A DNA stretch of 64,000 bases from an uncultured Clostridia bacterium (GTDB lineage Bacteria; Bacillota; Clostridia; UBA1212), in assembly GCA_947304585.1 (NCBI GenBank), contig CAMZBI010000001.1, positions 97,325 to 161,324 of the forward strand. The letters are read 5' to 3'. The notes beneath the pieces were generated by a model. It worked only from the letters and a program-made list of their open reading frames with translations, did not search any database and was not told where the DNA came from. Made by a program: the position numbers and the translations under genes. Positions 10,775 through 20,377 of the stretch are shown in pieces. Within the stretch, counting starts at the first letter, position 1. Every line of letters starts with the position of its first letter.

Positions 10775-12067
10775 ATGCCGGAGTATTTACCAAGAATTGT
10801 TGACAATGAACTTGCCTTAAGGCTTGAAGCGTTTGGCGCGACATTGATCGTAGGACCGAAGTGGTGCGGAAAGACCACGACGGGAGAACAACAAGCAAAA
10901 AGCATATTGAGGATGCAGGATCCCGATCATCGTGACGGATACATTGCAACTGCCGAAACAAAGCCCTCTTTGCTTTTACGAGGCGAAAATCCCCGGTTGA
11001 TTGACGAGTGGCAGGTCGCTCCCGTATTGTGGGATGCGGTTCGCACGGCGGTGGATCAGCGGCAGGAGGCGGGCTTGTTTATTCTGACGGGCTCAACATC
11101 CGTGAACAACAACAAGATCATGCACTCAGGCACCGGCAGGATCTCCCGCATGAAAATGTATCCCATGAGTCTGTTTGAGTCGAAAGAATCAAACGGCAAG
11201 ATCTCGCTGAAGGCCTTGTTTAATGACCCGACTCTAAATATTGACGGAATCACATCTGATTTGATGGTGGAGGAACTTATCTTTGCAGCCTGCAGGGGCG
11301 GTTGGCCCGGTTCGCTTCGCAGGAAAAGCGATGAGGCAAAGCTTCTGATCGCTTCCGATTACATCAACAACATTTGCGAGACAGATATTTCAACTGTTGA
11401 CGGCGTGCAGCGGAATCCGGTGTGGACAAACCTGATACTGCGCTCCTATGCCCGCAATGTCTCGACACTTGCCAAGAAATCGAACATACTTAAGGACGTT
11501 ACCGCCAATGCAGACAGTATGACTTCTGCCACATTCGACAGCTACGTCAACGCATTGGAGAAACTCTTTGTTGTAGAGGATATCGAGGCCTGGTGCCCTG
11601 CGATCCGTTCTGCGACAACGATCCGTTCCGGCAAAAAGCGAGGGTTCACAGACCCGTCTATAGCCGTGGCGGCAATGGGTCTGACGCCGGAAAATCTGCA
11701 GACTGACCTCAAGACGTTCGGCTTCATTTTCGAGTGTCTATGCATCAGAGATCTTAAAATCTATTCCCAAGCCCTTGGCGGGCGGTTGTCCTATTATCAC
11801 GACCGTTATGGGCTTGAAGCTGATGCGGTCCTTCATTTAAACGACGGCCGTTATGCATTGGCGGAGTTCAAATTGGGCAGCAATGAAATAGAAGAGGGTG
11901 CGGCCCACCTTTTGCAGCTGAAGAAGCTTATCAAAAAGTATAACGAAGAGGAGACACAGGTTCCCTTGAGGGAGCCGGATCTGCTCATGGTGATCACCGG
12001 CGGTAAAGTGGCATACACGCGGGAGGACGGAGTGAAGATCATACCTGTTGGGACGCTTAAGGATTGA
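10775..12067 (+). CDS. AAA+ ATPase of the AAA_14 + DUF4143 family.
   Basis: Walker A 'GPKWCGKTTT'. RBS GGAGGG. The region is lower in GC than the flanks. Paralog at 49406-50761. Confidence 0.7.
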   Translation: MPEYLPRIVDNELALRLEAFGATLIVGPKWCGKTTTGEQQAKSILRMQDPDHRDGYIATAETKPSLLLRGENPRLIDEWQVAPVLWDAVRTAVDQRQEAGLFILTGSTSVNNNKIMHSGTGRISRMKMYPMSLFESKESNGKISLKALFNDPTLNIDGITSDLMVEELIFAACRGGWPGSLRRKSDEAKLLIASDYINNICETDISTVDGVQRNPVWTNLILRSYARNVSTLAKKSNILKDVTANADSMTSATFDSYVNALEKLFVVEDIEAWCPAIRSATTIRSGKKRGFTDPSIAVAAMGLTPENLQTDLKTFGFIFECLCIRDLKIYSQALGGRLSYYHDRYGLEADAVLHLNDGRYALAEFKLGSNEIEEGAAHLLQLKKLIKKYNEEETQVPLREPDLLMVITGGKVAYTREDGVKIIPVGTLKD

Positions 12068-12095
12068 CGCTGCCGGCAGATGAGGAAAGAGAAAA

Positions 12096-12656
12096 ATGGC
12101 CAAAATAGAAGCGCTTCTTCATGAGTTCTGGAATCACGCAGAAAAGGAGAATATCGAAATTTATAACGAGTTTTCTTTGCAGCACGAACTGGGGATGTTT
12201 CTCCGGCAAAAGCTTCCGGGCTATAAAGTTCAGTTTGAGAGAAACATATCGTTTTTTGGGATAAAAGCAAAATGCGTTAAACATGAGATCGATATTGTTG
12301 TTTACAACGCAACCGGGGACGAAAAATATGCAATCGAACTAAAGTATCCCCGCAACGGACAATACCCGGAACAGATGTATGCATTCATAAAAGATATATC
12401 ATTTATGGAGGAACTGAAGCAGAACGGCTTTACCGATACATTTGTGATGACAGTCGTTGAAGACAAAAACTTCTACAGCGGCAGGTACGGTAGAAACGAT
12501 ATTTACCGGTTTTTCCGAGGTGGCGAAGAGATAAACGGCAAAATAGAAAAGCCAACAGGTCATGTGCATGAGTCGGTATCTGTAAAAGGCTCATACCGCA
12601 TTAACTGGACAGAAATTCACGATGGCCGCATGGTATATATTTTGAAGATACAGTGA
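12096..12656 (+). CDS. Small hypothetical protein with a PD-(D/E)xK nuclease-like motif.
   Basis: '...QHELGMF...HEIDIVVY...YAIELKY' fits the E...D...ExK pattern. 29 nt after the ATPase stop and 13 nt before the helicase start; low GC. Confidence 0.5.
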   Translation: MAKIEALLHEFWNHAEKENIEIYNEFSLQHELGMFLRQKLPGYKVQFERNISFFGIKAKCVKHEIDIVVYNATGDEKYAIELKYPRNGQYPEQMYAFIKDISFMEELKQNGFTDTFVMTVVEDKNFYSGRYGRNDIYRFFRGGEEINGKIEKPTGHVHESVSVKGSYRINWTEIHDGRMVYILKIQ

Positions 12657-12669
12657 CGCTGCTGGAGAC

Positions 12670-15600
12670 ATGAACTTTTTCACAAGATTTTTCAAACGGA
12701 ATAAAAAACGACCGGCTGACGTCAAACCAAAAGCCGAATGCCTTGACTTTGAGGAGCTCAAGACGTTTGTTGATTCTGTCTTGAAAGCAGACCACTATGT
12801 TGCAAAGAGCGAGTACCTTGCGAAACTGGCGCATTTTAAAAAGACTGACAACTTTTTTTCCGTTCTGAAAAACAGCGGAATGCTTAAGACATACTGCAAA
12901 GAAAACGACCTTGGCGATATGGAAGTCGTCAGCACTCTCGCCAAATATGAAGCCCTCGAATCTCTCATAGAGTCGCAGAACGAACAATATATAAAAGCCA
13001 AAATGGTTTCGGAGAAGGAATATCTTGACGGAATACTTGTTCCCTGTGATCCAAACATAAGGCTTGACGATGATCAGCGGAGAGTGGTTCTTACTGACGA
13101 GGATTTCTGCCTGGTGGTTGCAGGAGCCGGTGCGGGAAAAACGACAACTGTTGCGGCAAAAGTAAAATATCTTGTGGAGAAGCAGAACATCGATCCACAA
13201 CAGATTCTTGTTATTTCCTTCACAAACAAAGCCGTCAATGAGTTACGGCAGAGGATCATCGGCGAGCTCCATATCGAGTGTCCCATTGCCACTTTTCATT
13301 CTACCGGTAACGCGATCCTCCGCAAACAGCACCCCGAAAAACTGAATATTGTCGAGGATTCGAAGCTGTATTTCGTGATACAGGACTATCTGAAGGCCTC
13401 GATTTTGAAAAACGAGAATCTTGTCAACAACCTGATCCTCTTCTTTGCCTCCTACTTCGACGCGCCTTATGAAGGGGCCGATCTGAACAAGTTCTTCAAC
13501 AATATCGCCAAGTCGAATTTTACAACGATGCGAAGTGAGATCAGCGATTTCCGTCGCCAGGTAATTGATACAAGGACCGGAAAGTCGGTTACAATACAGA
13601 GCGAGGTCCTTCGTTCAAATCAGGAGGTAGAGATTGCCAATTTTCTCTATCTGAACAATATTGACTACGATTATGAACCCTTGTACCCATTTGATATACC
13701 GAACGCACGCAAGCCCTACACGCCGGATTTTATGATCCGTCAGGGAGACAGGGTTGCATACATCGAACACTTCGGCATAACAGAAAGCGGAGAGAGCAAC
13801 AGATTCAGCCCCGACGAACTGGAACATTACAAAAAGGCGATAAACGACAAATTCCGTCTGCACCAAAAGCACGGCACGACGCTGTTATATACGTTTTCTG
13901 CCTTTAAGGACGGGAGAACCATAACCGAGCACCTTCAGGAACAGCTTGAGAATGCCGGATTCGTGCTAACGCCAAGGTCAAACAAAGAAGTGATGAAGAT
14001 GCTTGTCTCATCGGAAGAAAACCGCTACATCCGCAAACTTGTAGCACTGATCTGCCGCTTTATCACCAATTTCAAAACCAACGGGTTCACCGCAGACGAG
14101 TTCAACAGAATGTACCACAAAACTCAGAACGTCAGGACACGCCTGTTCCTAGACATCTGCAACGACTGCTATCTCGAGTATGAGCGATTCTTGAAAGAGA
14201 ATGACGCTGTGGATTTTCAGGACATGATCAATGAATCCGCCCGCATTCTCCGGGAAGTCAAAGAAATGAAGCAGAAACTTGATTTTAAGTATATCATTGT
14301 TGATGAATATCAGGACATTTCACGACAAAGATTCGACCTCGTCTCCGCCCTCCACGAGGTGTGCGACGCAAAGATTATTGCTGTTGGCGACGATTGGCAG
14401 TCGATCTATGCATTCAGTGGCTCCGACATCACGCTGTTTACCAAATTTGCAGAAATAATGGGCTATGCAAAATTGCTCAAAATCGTCAACACTTACCGGA
14501 ACTCCCAGGATGTGATCGATATTGCCGGTACATTCATACAAAAGAATTCGGAACAGATCCGGAAAGATCTGATTTCAAAAAAGCATATAGAAGATCCGGT
14601 GATAATCTACACCTATGACAGTACCCGGAAAGATCCCAAGGGGGACAATCGCAGCGGCGTAAGCTATGCTATTGCCAATGCAGTGGAGATCGCATTGGAG
14701 CAGATCATACGGTACAACAAAGAGGAGGGCAAGCCCGATAACTCATCGATCCTTCTCCTCGGCCGTTACGGTTTTGACGGGGACAGGCTGGAAAGATCAG
14801 GACTTTTTGAATTTATCTCAAATGGAAGCAAACTTAGATCGGTGAAATATCCGAGGCTCAACATTACGTTTATGACGGCTCACGCCTCCAAAGGACTTGG
14901 CTACGACAACGTCATCATATTGAATGGCCGCAATGAAACATACGGATTTCCTTCTAAGATCGAGGACGATCCGGTGTTGGAATTTGTGGTGAAAGGCGAC
15001 CGGGCTATTGACTATGCCGAAGAACGTCGGCTGTTCTATGTTGCGCTGACGAGGACCAAAAACAGGGTCTTTTGCATTGCCCCGGAGCAGAATCCCTCGG
15101 AATTTCTTCTTGAGATAAAGCACGACTTCAAAAACGTTGCCCTCAAAGGAGCGTGGAACGAAAATCCGAAAGACATCCCCTCTGTCAAAAAAACCTGTCC
15201 GATGTGCGGATATCCGATGCAGTTCCGATATAAAAACTCTTACGGCCTTCGCCTGCATATTTGCACAAATGAGCCGGAAGTGTGCGGCTTTATGACAAAC
15301 GAGTATAAAGCCGGCAAACTGTCTATCGTCAAATGCGACAAGTGCCGCCACGGCTATTTAATAGTCAAGCCTTCAAAGACGGGAGACTATTTCCTTGGAT
15401 GCACCAACTATAAGGCGGACAAGACCGGTTGCGACAGAGTGATGACCAGAAAGCAGTTCTACCAATTGATGGGTATCGAAGACGATGTTCCTGCGCAGCC
15501 TGTGGCTAGAAAGAAAGGCTTGGAAATAAAGCCTGAGATCAAAAGTAAAGTTGAGGCAAAGGAACTGCCGGTGAGCCAACCGGTTCGCGTGAATACCGTG

Positions 15601-15999
15601 GAAACGGTCTCAAAAGCGGAGATACGCACGAAAAACACCAATGTGGAAAGTGTAAATGCATATGTTCACACTGTTCTTCAATGTCTTGAAGAGATAAGTG
15701 CGAAAAAATACTATGGCACAACAGTCCTGACAGACGTTTTGCGGGGCTCGGAAAGCAAACGCATCAAAAACGCAGGTCTTGACAGGCTAAGCACATACGG
15801 CAGCCTTTCGTCACTTTCGCGAGAGTACGTTCAGACCGTGATAGAATGGATGATCGGAGAGCATTACATCCTGAGAACCAGAGGACCATACCCCGTTCTT
15901 CATCCGACTTATGAAGGCAGACACTACAGCGAGACCGTAACTGCCGCCAAGCTCAGGAGTCTGGCAAAAAAACTCGACGGTTCAACTGCGGAGCAGTGA
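12670..15999 (+). CDS. UvrD/Rep-family SF1 helicase (helicase-IV/HelD-like) with C-terminal topoisomerase-type Zn-ribbon(s) and an HRDC-like domain.
   Basis: Walker A 'VVAGAGAGKTTTVAAKV'. DEYQD-like 'IIVDEYQDIS'. 'CPMCGYPM...HICTNEPEVCGFM' and 'CDKCRHGYL...GCTNYKADKTGC' zinc ribbons. C-terminal HRDC-like helix bundle. 1109 aa. Confidence 0.7.
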   Translation: MNFFTRFFKRNKKRPADVKPKAECLDFEELKTFVDSVLKADHYVAKSEYLAKLAHFKKTDNFFSVLKNSGMLKTYCKENDLGDMEVVSTLAKYEALESLIESQNEQYIKAKMVSEKEYLDGILVPCDPNIRLDDDQRRVVLTDEDFCLVVAGAGAGKTTTVAAKVKYLVEKQNIDPQQILVISFTNKAVNELRQRIIGELHIECPIATFHSTGNAILRKQHPEKLNIVEDSKLYFVIQDYLKASILKNENLVNNLILFFASYFDAPYEGADLNKFFNNIAKSNFTTMRSEISDFRRQVIDTRTGKSVTIQSEVLRSNQEVEIANFLYLNNIDYDYEPLYPFDIPNARKPYTPDFMIRQGDRVAYIEHFGITESGESNRFSPDELEHYKKAINDKFRLHQKHGTTLLYTFSAFKDGRTITEHLQEQLENAGFVLTPRSNKEVMKMLVSSEENRYIRKLVALICRFITNFKTNGFTADEFNRMYHKTQNVRTRLFLDICNDCYLEYERFLKENDAVDFQDMINESARILREVKEMKQKLDFKYIIVDEYQDISRQRFDLVSALHEVCDAKIIAVGDDWQSIYAFSGSDITLFTKFAEIMGYAKLLKIVNTYRNSQDVIDIAGTFIQKNSEQIRKDLISKKHIEDPVIIYTYDSTRKDPKGDNRSGVSYAIANAVEIALEQIIRYNKEEGKPDNSSILLLGRYGFDGDRLERSGLFEFISNGSKLRSVKYPRLNITFMTAHASKGLGYDNVIILNGRNETYGFPSKIEDDPVLEFVVKGDRAIDYAEERRLFYVALTRTKNRVFCIAPEQNPSEFLLEIKHDFKNVALKGAWNENPKDIPSVKKTCPMCGYPMQFRYKNSYGLRLHICTNEPEVCGFMTNEYKAGKLSIVKCDKCRHGYLIVKPSKTGDYFLGCTNYKADKTGCDRVMTRKQFYQLMGIEDDVPAQPVARKKGLEIKPEIKSKVEAKELPVSQPVRVNTVETVSKAEIRTKNTNVESVNAYVHTVLQCLEEISAKKYYGTTVLTDVLRGSESKRIKNAGLDRLSTYGSLSSLSREYVQTVIEWMIGEHYILRTRGPYPVLHPTYEGRHYSETVTAAKLRSLAKKLDGSTAEQ

Positions 16000-16090
16000 G
16001 GCGAAGCGCCAGTCTCGTGCACGCTTCACTAACGGTCAATCATTGCAGAAAACATCACCTATAACTGCACACAGTGCAACGGAGAACCCT

Positions 16091-17305
16091 ATGAACGATC
16101 TGTTTAAAAACCTTCCCCCAACCGAAAAAATATACGAAACAGAGGGCATGACCCTGGAATTCAACGCCAACGTACTGGCCTGCGTCCCCTGCAACAACGG
16201 CCTTTACGCCATCGTTCTTGACAGGACCGCATTCTTCCCCGGGGGAGGGGGCCAGGAATTTGACACGGGGTTCATTGGCGGGAGCAGCATAACGAAGGCG
16301 GAGCAAATTGGCGACGTGATCGTGCATTATTCCGAAACGCCGGCGGTTGTTGGCAATGCCGTTTGCAGCGTGGACAGGGCAGAGCGCATCAGGCGCATGG
16401 AGCACCACACCGGGGAGCACGTTTTTTCCGGCACCGTCCACAAGCATTTCGGCCTTGAAAACACGGGCTTTCACCTGGGCACCGAGTACGTGACCATCGA
16501 TACAAGCGGGCCCCTTTCGGCGGAGCAGCTTGCCGAGGCGGAGAGACTTGCCAATGAAGCCGTCCGCAAAAACGACAGGATCGAGATACTTTTCCCCTCC
16601 GATGAAGAATTGAGCAGGCTGGAATACAGGAGCAAAAAGGAGCTCACGGGCCAAGTGAGGATCGTAAAAATAGGCGAAACCGACACCTGCGCCTGCTGCG
16701 CGCCTCACCTCGAACGCACCGGACAGGTCGGCGCAATAACGATAATTTCCGCAATGCCATACAAGGGCGGCATGAGACTCTTTATGCTTGCGGGGGACGA
16801 GGCGATAAGGGAACTGAGAAGGCGTCAGAACGCCCTCAAGGCTGCCGGAGAAATGCTTTCCGTCAAACCAAATGAGGTCCCGGAGGCGGTGAAAAAACTC
16901 AGGGCAAGCTTTGAAGAGGCGGGCCGGGAGAGGGCTGCGCTGATCTCGGAGATCTGTGAAATGAAGCTGTCGGAGCAGAGAAAACGGGAAGATTACAGAC
17001 TCCTTGTCTACGAAAAAGCGGACGCCCAGATCGCCAACCGTCTCGGAAAGGAACAGGCAAAAGGGGTGCTGTTTTTCCTGGCGGTCTTCGGTCAGGAAGG
17101 TGCGCTGAGATACGTGATGAAATCCGATGCCCTGGACCTTGGAAAACTGGCGCCTCAGGTCAACGGGATCCTCGGAGGCCGAGGAGGCGGAAAGAGCGGT
17201 GAGATAAGCGGATCCGTTGGCGTCCCGCTGAAAGACGTGGAGGAATGCGCCGCAAAGATATACGAAAAGCTGAAGCGTGAGCCTGCCCCAGCCTTGAAAC
17301 TTTAA
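16091..17305 (+). CDS. alaX: Alanyl-tRNA editing protein AlaX-L (AlaRS editing domain plus DHHA1-like C-terminus).
   Basis: 'HHTGEHVFSG' HxxxH zinc motif. 'CACCAPH' motif. C-terminal Gly-rich 'GGRGGGKSGEISGS' DHHA1-like segment. RBS GGAGAA before the ATG at 16091. Confidence 0.65.
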   Translation: MNDLFKNLPPTEKIYETEGMTLEFNANVLACVPCNNGLYAIVLDRTAFFPGGGGQEFDTGFIGGSSITKAEQIGDVIVHYSETPAVVGNAVCSVDRAERIRRMEHHTGEHVFSGTVHKHFGLENTGFHLGTEYVTIDTSGPLSAEQLAEAERLANEAVRKNDRIEILFPSDEELSRLEYRSKKELTGQVRIVKIGETDTCACCAPHLERTGQVGAITIISAMPYKGGMRLFMLAGDEAIRELRRRQNALKAAGEMLSVKPNEVPEAVKKLRASFEEAGRERAALISEICEMKLSEQRKREDYRLLVYEKADAQIANRLGKEQAKGVLFFLAVFGQEGALRYVMKSDALDLGKLAPQVNGILGGRGGGKSGEISGSVGVPLKDVEECAAKIYEKLKREPAPALKL

Positions 17306-17368
17306 ACCAAAGGGAATCCGACGTCATGCCGGGTTCCTTTTTTGCAGCACGAAACTCAGAAGATACCC

Positions 17369-18871
17369 TCACTTATTATCCCCGTAAGAGGCAGCGGTGT
17401 TTTCGCCAACTTCGTCCTTAGTGTTGACGGTCTGCCTGCGGGTCTTTGAGCCTGCAAAGGTCTCCAAATTTTTGATCCTGCGCTCCGTCAGTTCGGCGAT
17501 AATACGTATACGGCTCTCCTCCATATAATCAATGGCGTTTTCGTCCGAAAGGATCTTTTTGATCATCTCACCGGTGCCTGAAAGCGCGGAAAAGTCGATC
17601 CAGTCAAAAGAGGAAACAAGCTTAAGCTGCTCCTCGTGATGCTTTTTGAAGGGCTTGCAGATGACTTCCGACCCGTCACGCATCATTGGCACGCTTTTGT
17701 CGTAGCCAAGGGAGGAGCCGCTGTCGTATATTGGCGCCATTCCAAGCCATTCGAGAGTCTCGGCATCACGGACCGCGCCGAAGTTGTTCAAATGTCTGTC
17801 CTCATTTAAAATGATATAGTCAAGGACGATCATCCGGTCCAGAAAATCCCTGACGCCGGGAATTCCGAGTACGTCTGCGCAATCAATGAAATGCTGATAT
17901 AGCGACTTGTTGTTCGGCTGCTTCCCAGTCTGAATGATCCGCCAAGCCGACACAAGTTCTGTGTTCCCGTTGATAAAATCCTCGCACACGCTGTAAGGGG
18001 CTCCTTTGTTCCAGGTCAGCGTATAGGGCACGTGGGGGATGTTCAGCCGCTTCATGATCTCCGAAGCGATGACTTCGTTCAGGGGCTGCTGGCGATAGGG
18101 GTTTGAGCCTCCTTTGATTAGGCAGCGCTTGCCGTCAATGATCTTCCACCGCTTTTTCAGGTTGCCGTCGGAGGTGTTGTCCGGTGAGGAAAAATCCAGC
18201 GGGTCTGCTTTCCTGTCCGCCCCGAAAAGCACGTCGCCAATGTCTTCGGAAAAATCATTTTCAAAGAAATTAATCTTTTCCCAGGTGAGTCCGGAGTTTT
18301 CCGGGCAGATCCAGTACTGATCCGAAAGGGAAAGGTCAAAACAGCGGACCAAAAGCATTCTGGTGTCTGTGATATGAAGGGTTTCCATTGCCTCCCGGAC
18401 ACCCGAGCGGCTTGCCGGAATGGACCGATCCGTCCACCACGCGTTCAGCGAAGCTCGATCGACAACTCCTCTTTTCACGCCAATGCCGACCGGCAAGTGT
18501 TCCGGTGCGAAAACCTCCCCTGTCTTCTGAATAAAACCGGTCTCGCCGTCAAGGGTGAGTGCGATCACGGGCGTGCGTTTATGCAACAGGGTACACTTCA
18601 AAAAGCCGGTTTGAGTTTCAGTCGAAGATCTGCTCCCCTCCTTGATCTCAGCCAGTTCTTTTTGCAGTCTCTTTCTGAGCTCGATCTGCTCGGAGAGAAC
18701 TGCGACCTCATCGCCCCGAAGGTATTTGCCTTTCTTCACGCCGCTTTCCGACCATTGGTGGTAGAAATACACGTTCCCGTTTACTGTCTTTTTGGAAATA
18801 TATCCCTTGGGGAGATTGGCGATCTTTTCGGTCAATTCCGCAATCTTTTGTGTTGCACTTTGGTCAGGCAC
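17369..18871 (-). CDS. HipA-like kinase domain protein (orphan; no adjacent HipB-like gene).
   Basis: C-terminal 'ILNEDRHLNNFG' resembles the HipA catalytic DxHxxN block. 500 aa. GC is somewhat lower than the flanks. Confidence 0.5.
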   Translation of the reverse strand: MPDQSATQKIAELTEKIANLPKGYISKKTVNGNVYFYHQWSESGVKKGKYLRGDEVAVLSEQIELRKRLQKELAEIKEGSRSSTETQTGFLKCTLLHKRTPVIALTLDGETGFIQKTGEVFAPEHLPVGIGVKRGVVDRASLNAWWTDRSIPASRSGVREAMETLHITDTRMLLVRCFDLSLSDQYWICPENSGLTWEKINFFENDFSEDIGDVLFGADRKADPLDFSSPDNTSDGNLKKRWKIIDGKRCLIKGGSNPYRQQPLNEVIASEIMKRLNIPHVPYTLTWNKGAPYSVCEDFINGNTELVSAWRIIQTGKQPNNKSLYQHFIDCADVLGIPGVRDFLDRMIVLDYIILNEDRHLNNFGAVRDAETLEWLGMAPIYDSGSSLGYDKSVPMMRDGSEVICKPFKKHHEEQLKLVSSFDWIDFSALSGTGEMIKKILSDENAIDYMEESRIRIIAELTERRIKNLETFAGSKTRRQTVNTKDEVGENTAASYGDNK

Positions 18872-19091
18872 GGCTTAACCCCCTTCCTTAACCCCTTTAT
18901 TATACCCCGTTTTATACCCCGTGTCAAAGACAATCTTTTGAAAGAACTACTGAACAGCCAACCGGAAGGGCCAATGGAATCAGGCCTTGTTTTCCGCAAA
19001 ACGAAGGGACAAAAAAACCGGCCGCCCTCACGTTGAAATGAAAGCGGCCGGCTTGTATTGGCGTCAACAAGATCCGAATTATAGGCAAAAA

Positions 19092-20039
19092 CTATTCCGC
19101 GGGCTCCGGCGTTTTTTCGGTCTCCACCCTGATTGTCGTGCCGTCGGAGTAGAAGACCACCGTGCCGTGGACGTCGTTGCGGTAGACCTCAGCGCCGGTG
19201 TTTTCGATCCTTTTCATGGTCGCCTTGTCGGGGTAGCCCAGTTTGTTTTCAGTGCCAACCTGGACGCAGATGTATGACGGCGCCACGGCCTCCAGAAATT
19301 TCTTGATGTTTCCCGCCGAGCTGGCGTGGTGATCCGCCTTGAACACGTCCGCCTTCAGATCGATGCCGTCCTGTTTCAGAAGCTGGGTTTCCACGGTCTG
19401 CTGGGTATCGCCCAGGAGCAGGAACGTATTCTCTCCGTAGGTGAACTTGAAGCCGATGGAGTTGTTGTTCAGGTTCGACTTGTCGGGTTTCAGAGGCGTC
19501 ATGATCTCAAAAGAGCCGCCGCCAAGGGTATACACCGCCCCGACCTCGGGATTCACCGGCTGAATGCTCCGCTCCTCAACGATCGCCAACAGTTTTTTGT
19601 AAGGCTCCTCGTCGCAGAGCTGCTCCACGTTCAAAAACATGGTTTCAAAGGGAAAGGCCTCGATGATCTCCGGCATGCCGCCAACGTGATCCGCATGTCC
19701 GTGGGTGACCACCAGATATTTCAGCTTCTCAACGCCCTTGCTCTTCACATAATTCACCATGGTCTCGCCCCTGCCAACGTTTCCGGAGTCAATGATCATC
19801 GCCTCCCCGTCGCAGATGAGAAGCATACCGTCGCCGGTGCCAATGTCAATAAAGTGCAACTCAAAGCCCTTGGGCGGCTCCGGGGTGGGTTCCGGCGTGG
19901 GCTCCTCTGTTATCTCAGGTGTGGCCTCCGCCGTGGGAACGACAGTGTTTCCCGGCTCTTCTGTTACACAGCCGGCACAGAAAGCGGCCATCATCAAAAC
20001 CGCCAGCATCGCAGCTGCAAATCTAATGTATCTTTTCAT
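19092..20039 (-). CDS. MBL-fold metallo-hydrolase lipoprotein.
   Basis: 'VVTHGHADHVGG' metallo-beta-lactamase motif. Signal peptide with Cys (lipobox-like). TPEP linker. Confidence 0.7.
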   Translation of the reverse strand: MKRYIRFAAAMLAVLMMAAFCAGCVTEEPGNTVVPTAEATPEITEEPTPEPTPEPPKGFELHFIDIGTGDGMLLICDGEAMIIDSGNVGRGETMVNYVKSKGVEKLKYLVVTHGHADHVGGMPEIIEAFPFETMFLNVEQLCDEEPYKKLLAIVEERSIQPVNPEVGAVYTLGGGSFEIMTPLKPDKSNLNNNSIGFKFTYGENTFLLLGDTQQTVETQLLKQDGIDLKADVFKADHHASSAGNIKKFLEAVAPSYICVQVGTENKLGYPDKATMKRIENTGAEVYRNDVHGTVVFYSDGTTIRVETEKTPEPAE

Positions 20040-20377
20040 TTTCGATCCTCCATCGTGGTGAGTTTCAAAAGGGTCTGTTCGGGTTCTCTTTATGAAACTG
20101 TCAATTCAGTTCCACGCCAATTATACTCCCTTTGGCGCCTGCGGCGCAAGAGCGGCGCTCCGCGCTGCAGTGAACAGTTAACAATGGACAGAGAACAGTT
20201 GCGGTGCGGCGGAGCCGCAATACTTGCGCGCTTGCGCACCCACTCGAGCCAAAGGCGAACTCACTTGTGCGTCAGCGCACACACTAATCACTGTTATCTC
20301 TCGCTATTTTGTGCTATCATTAAAACACAAAACTGATCCGGACCCGGAGTCCGAAGAACAATCTGACAAAGAAGGAC

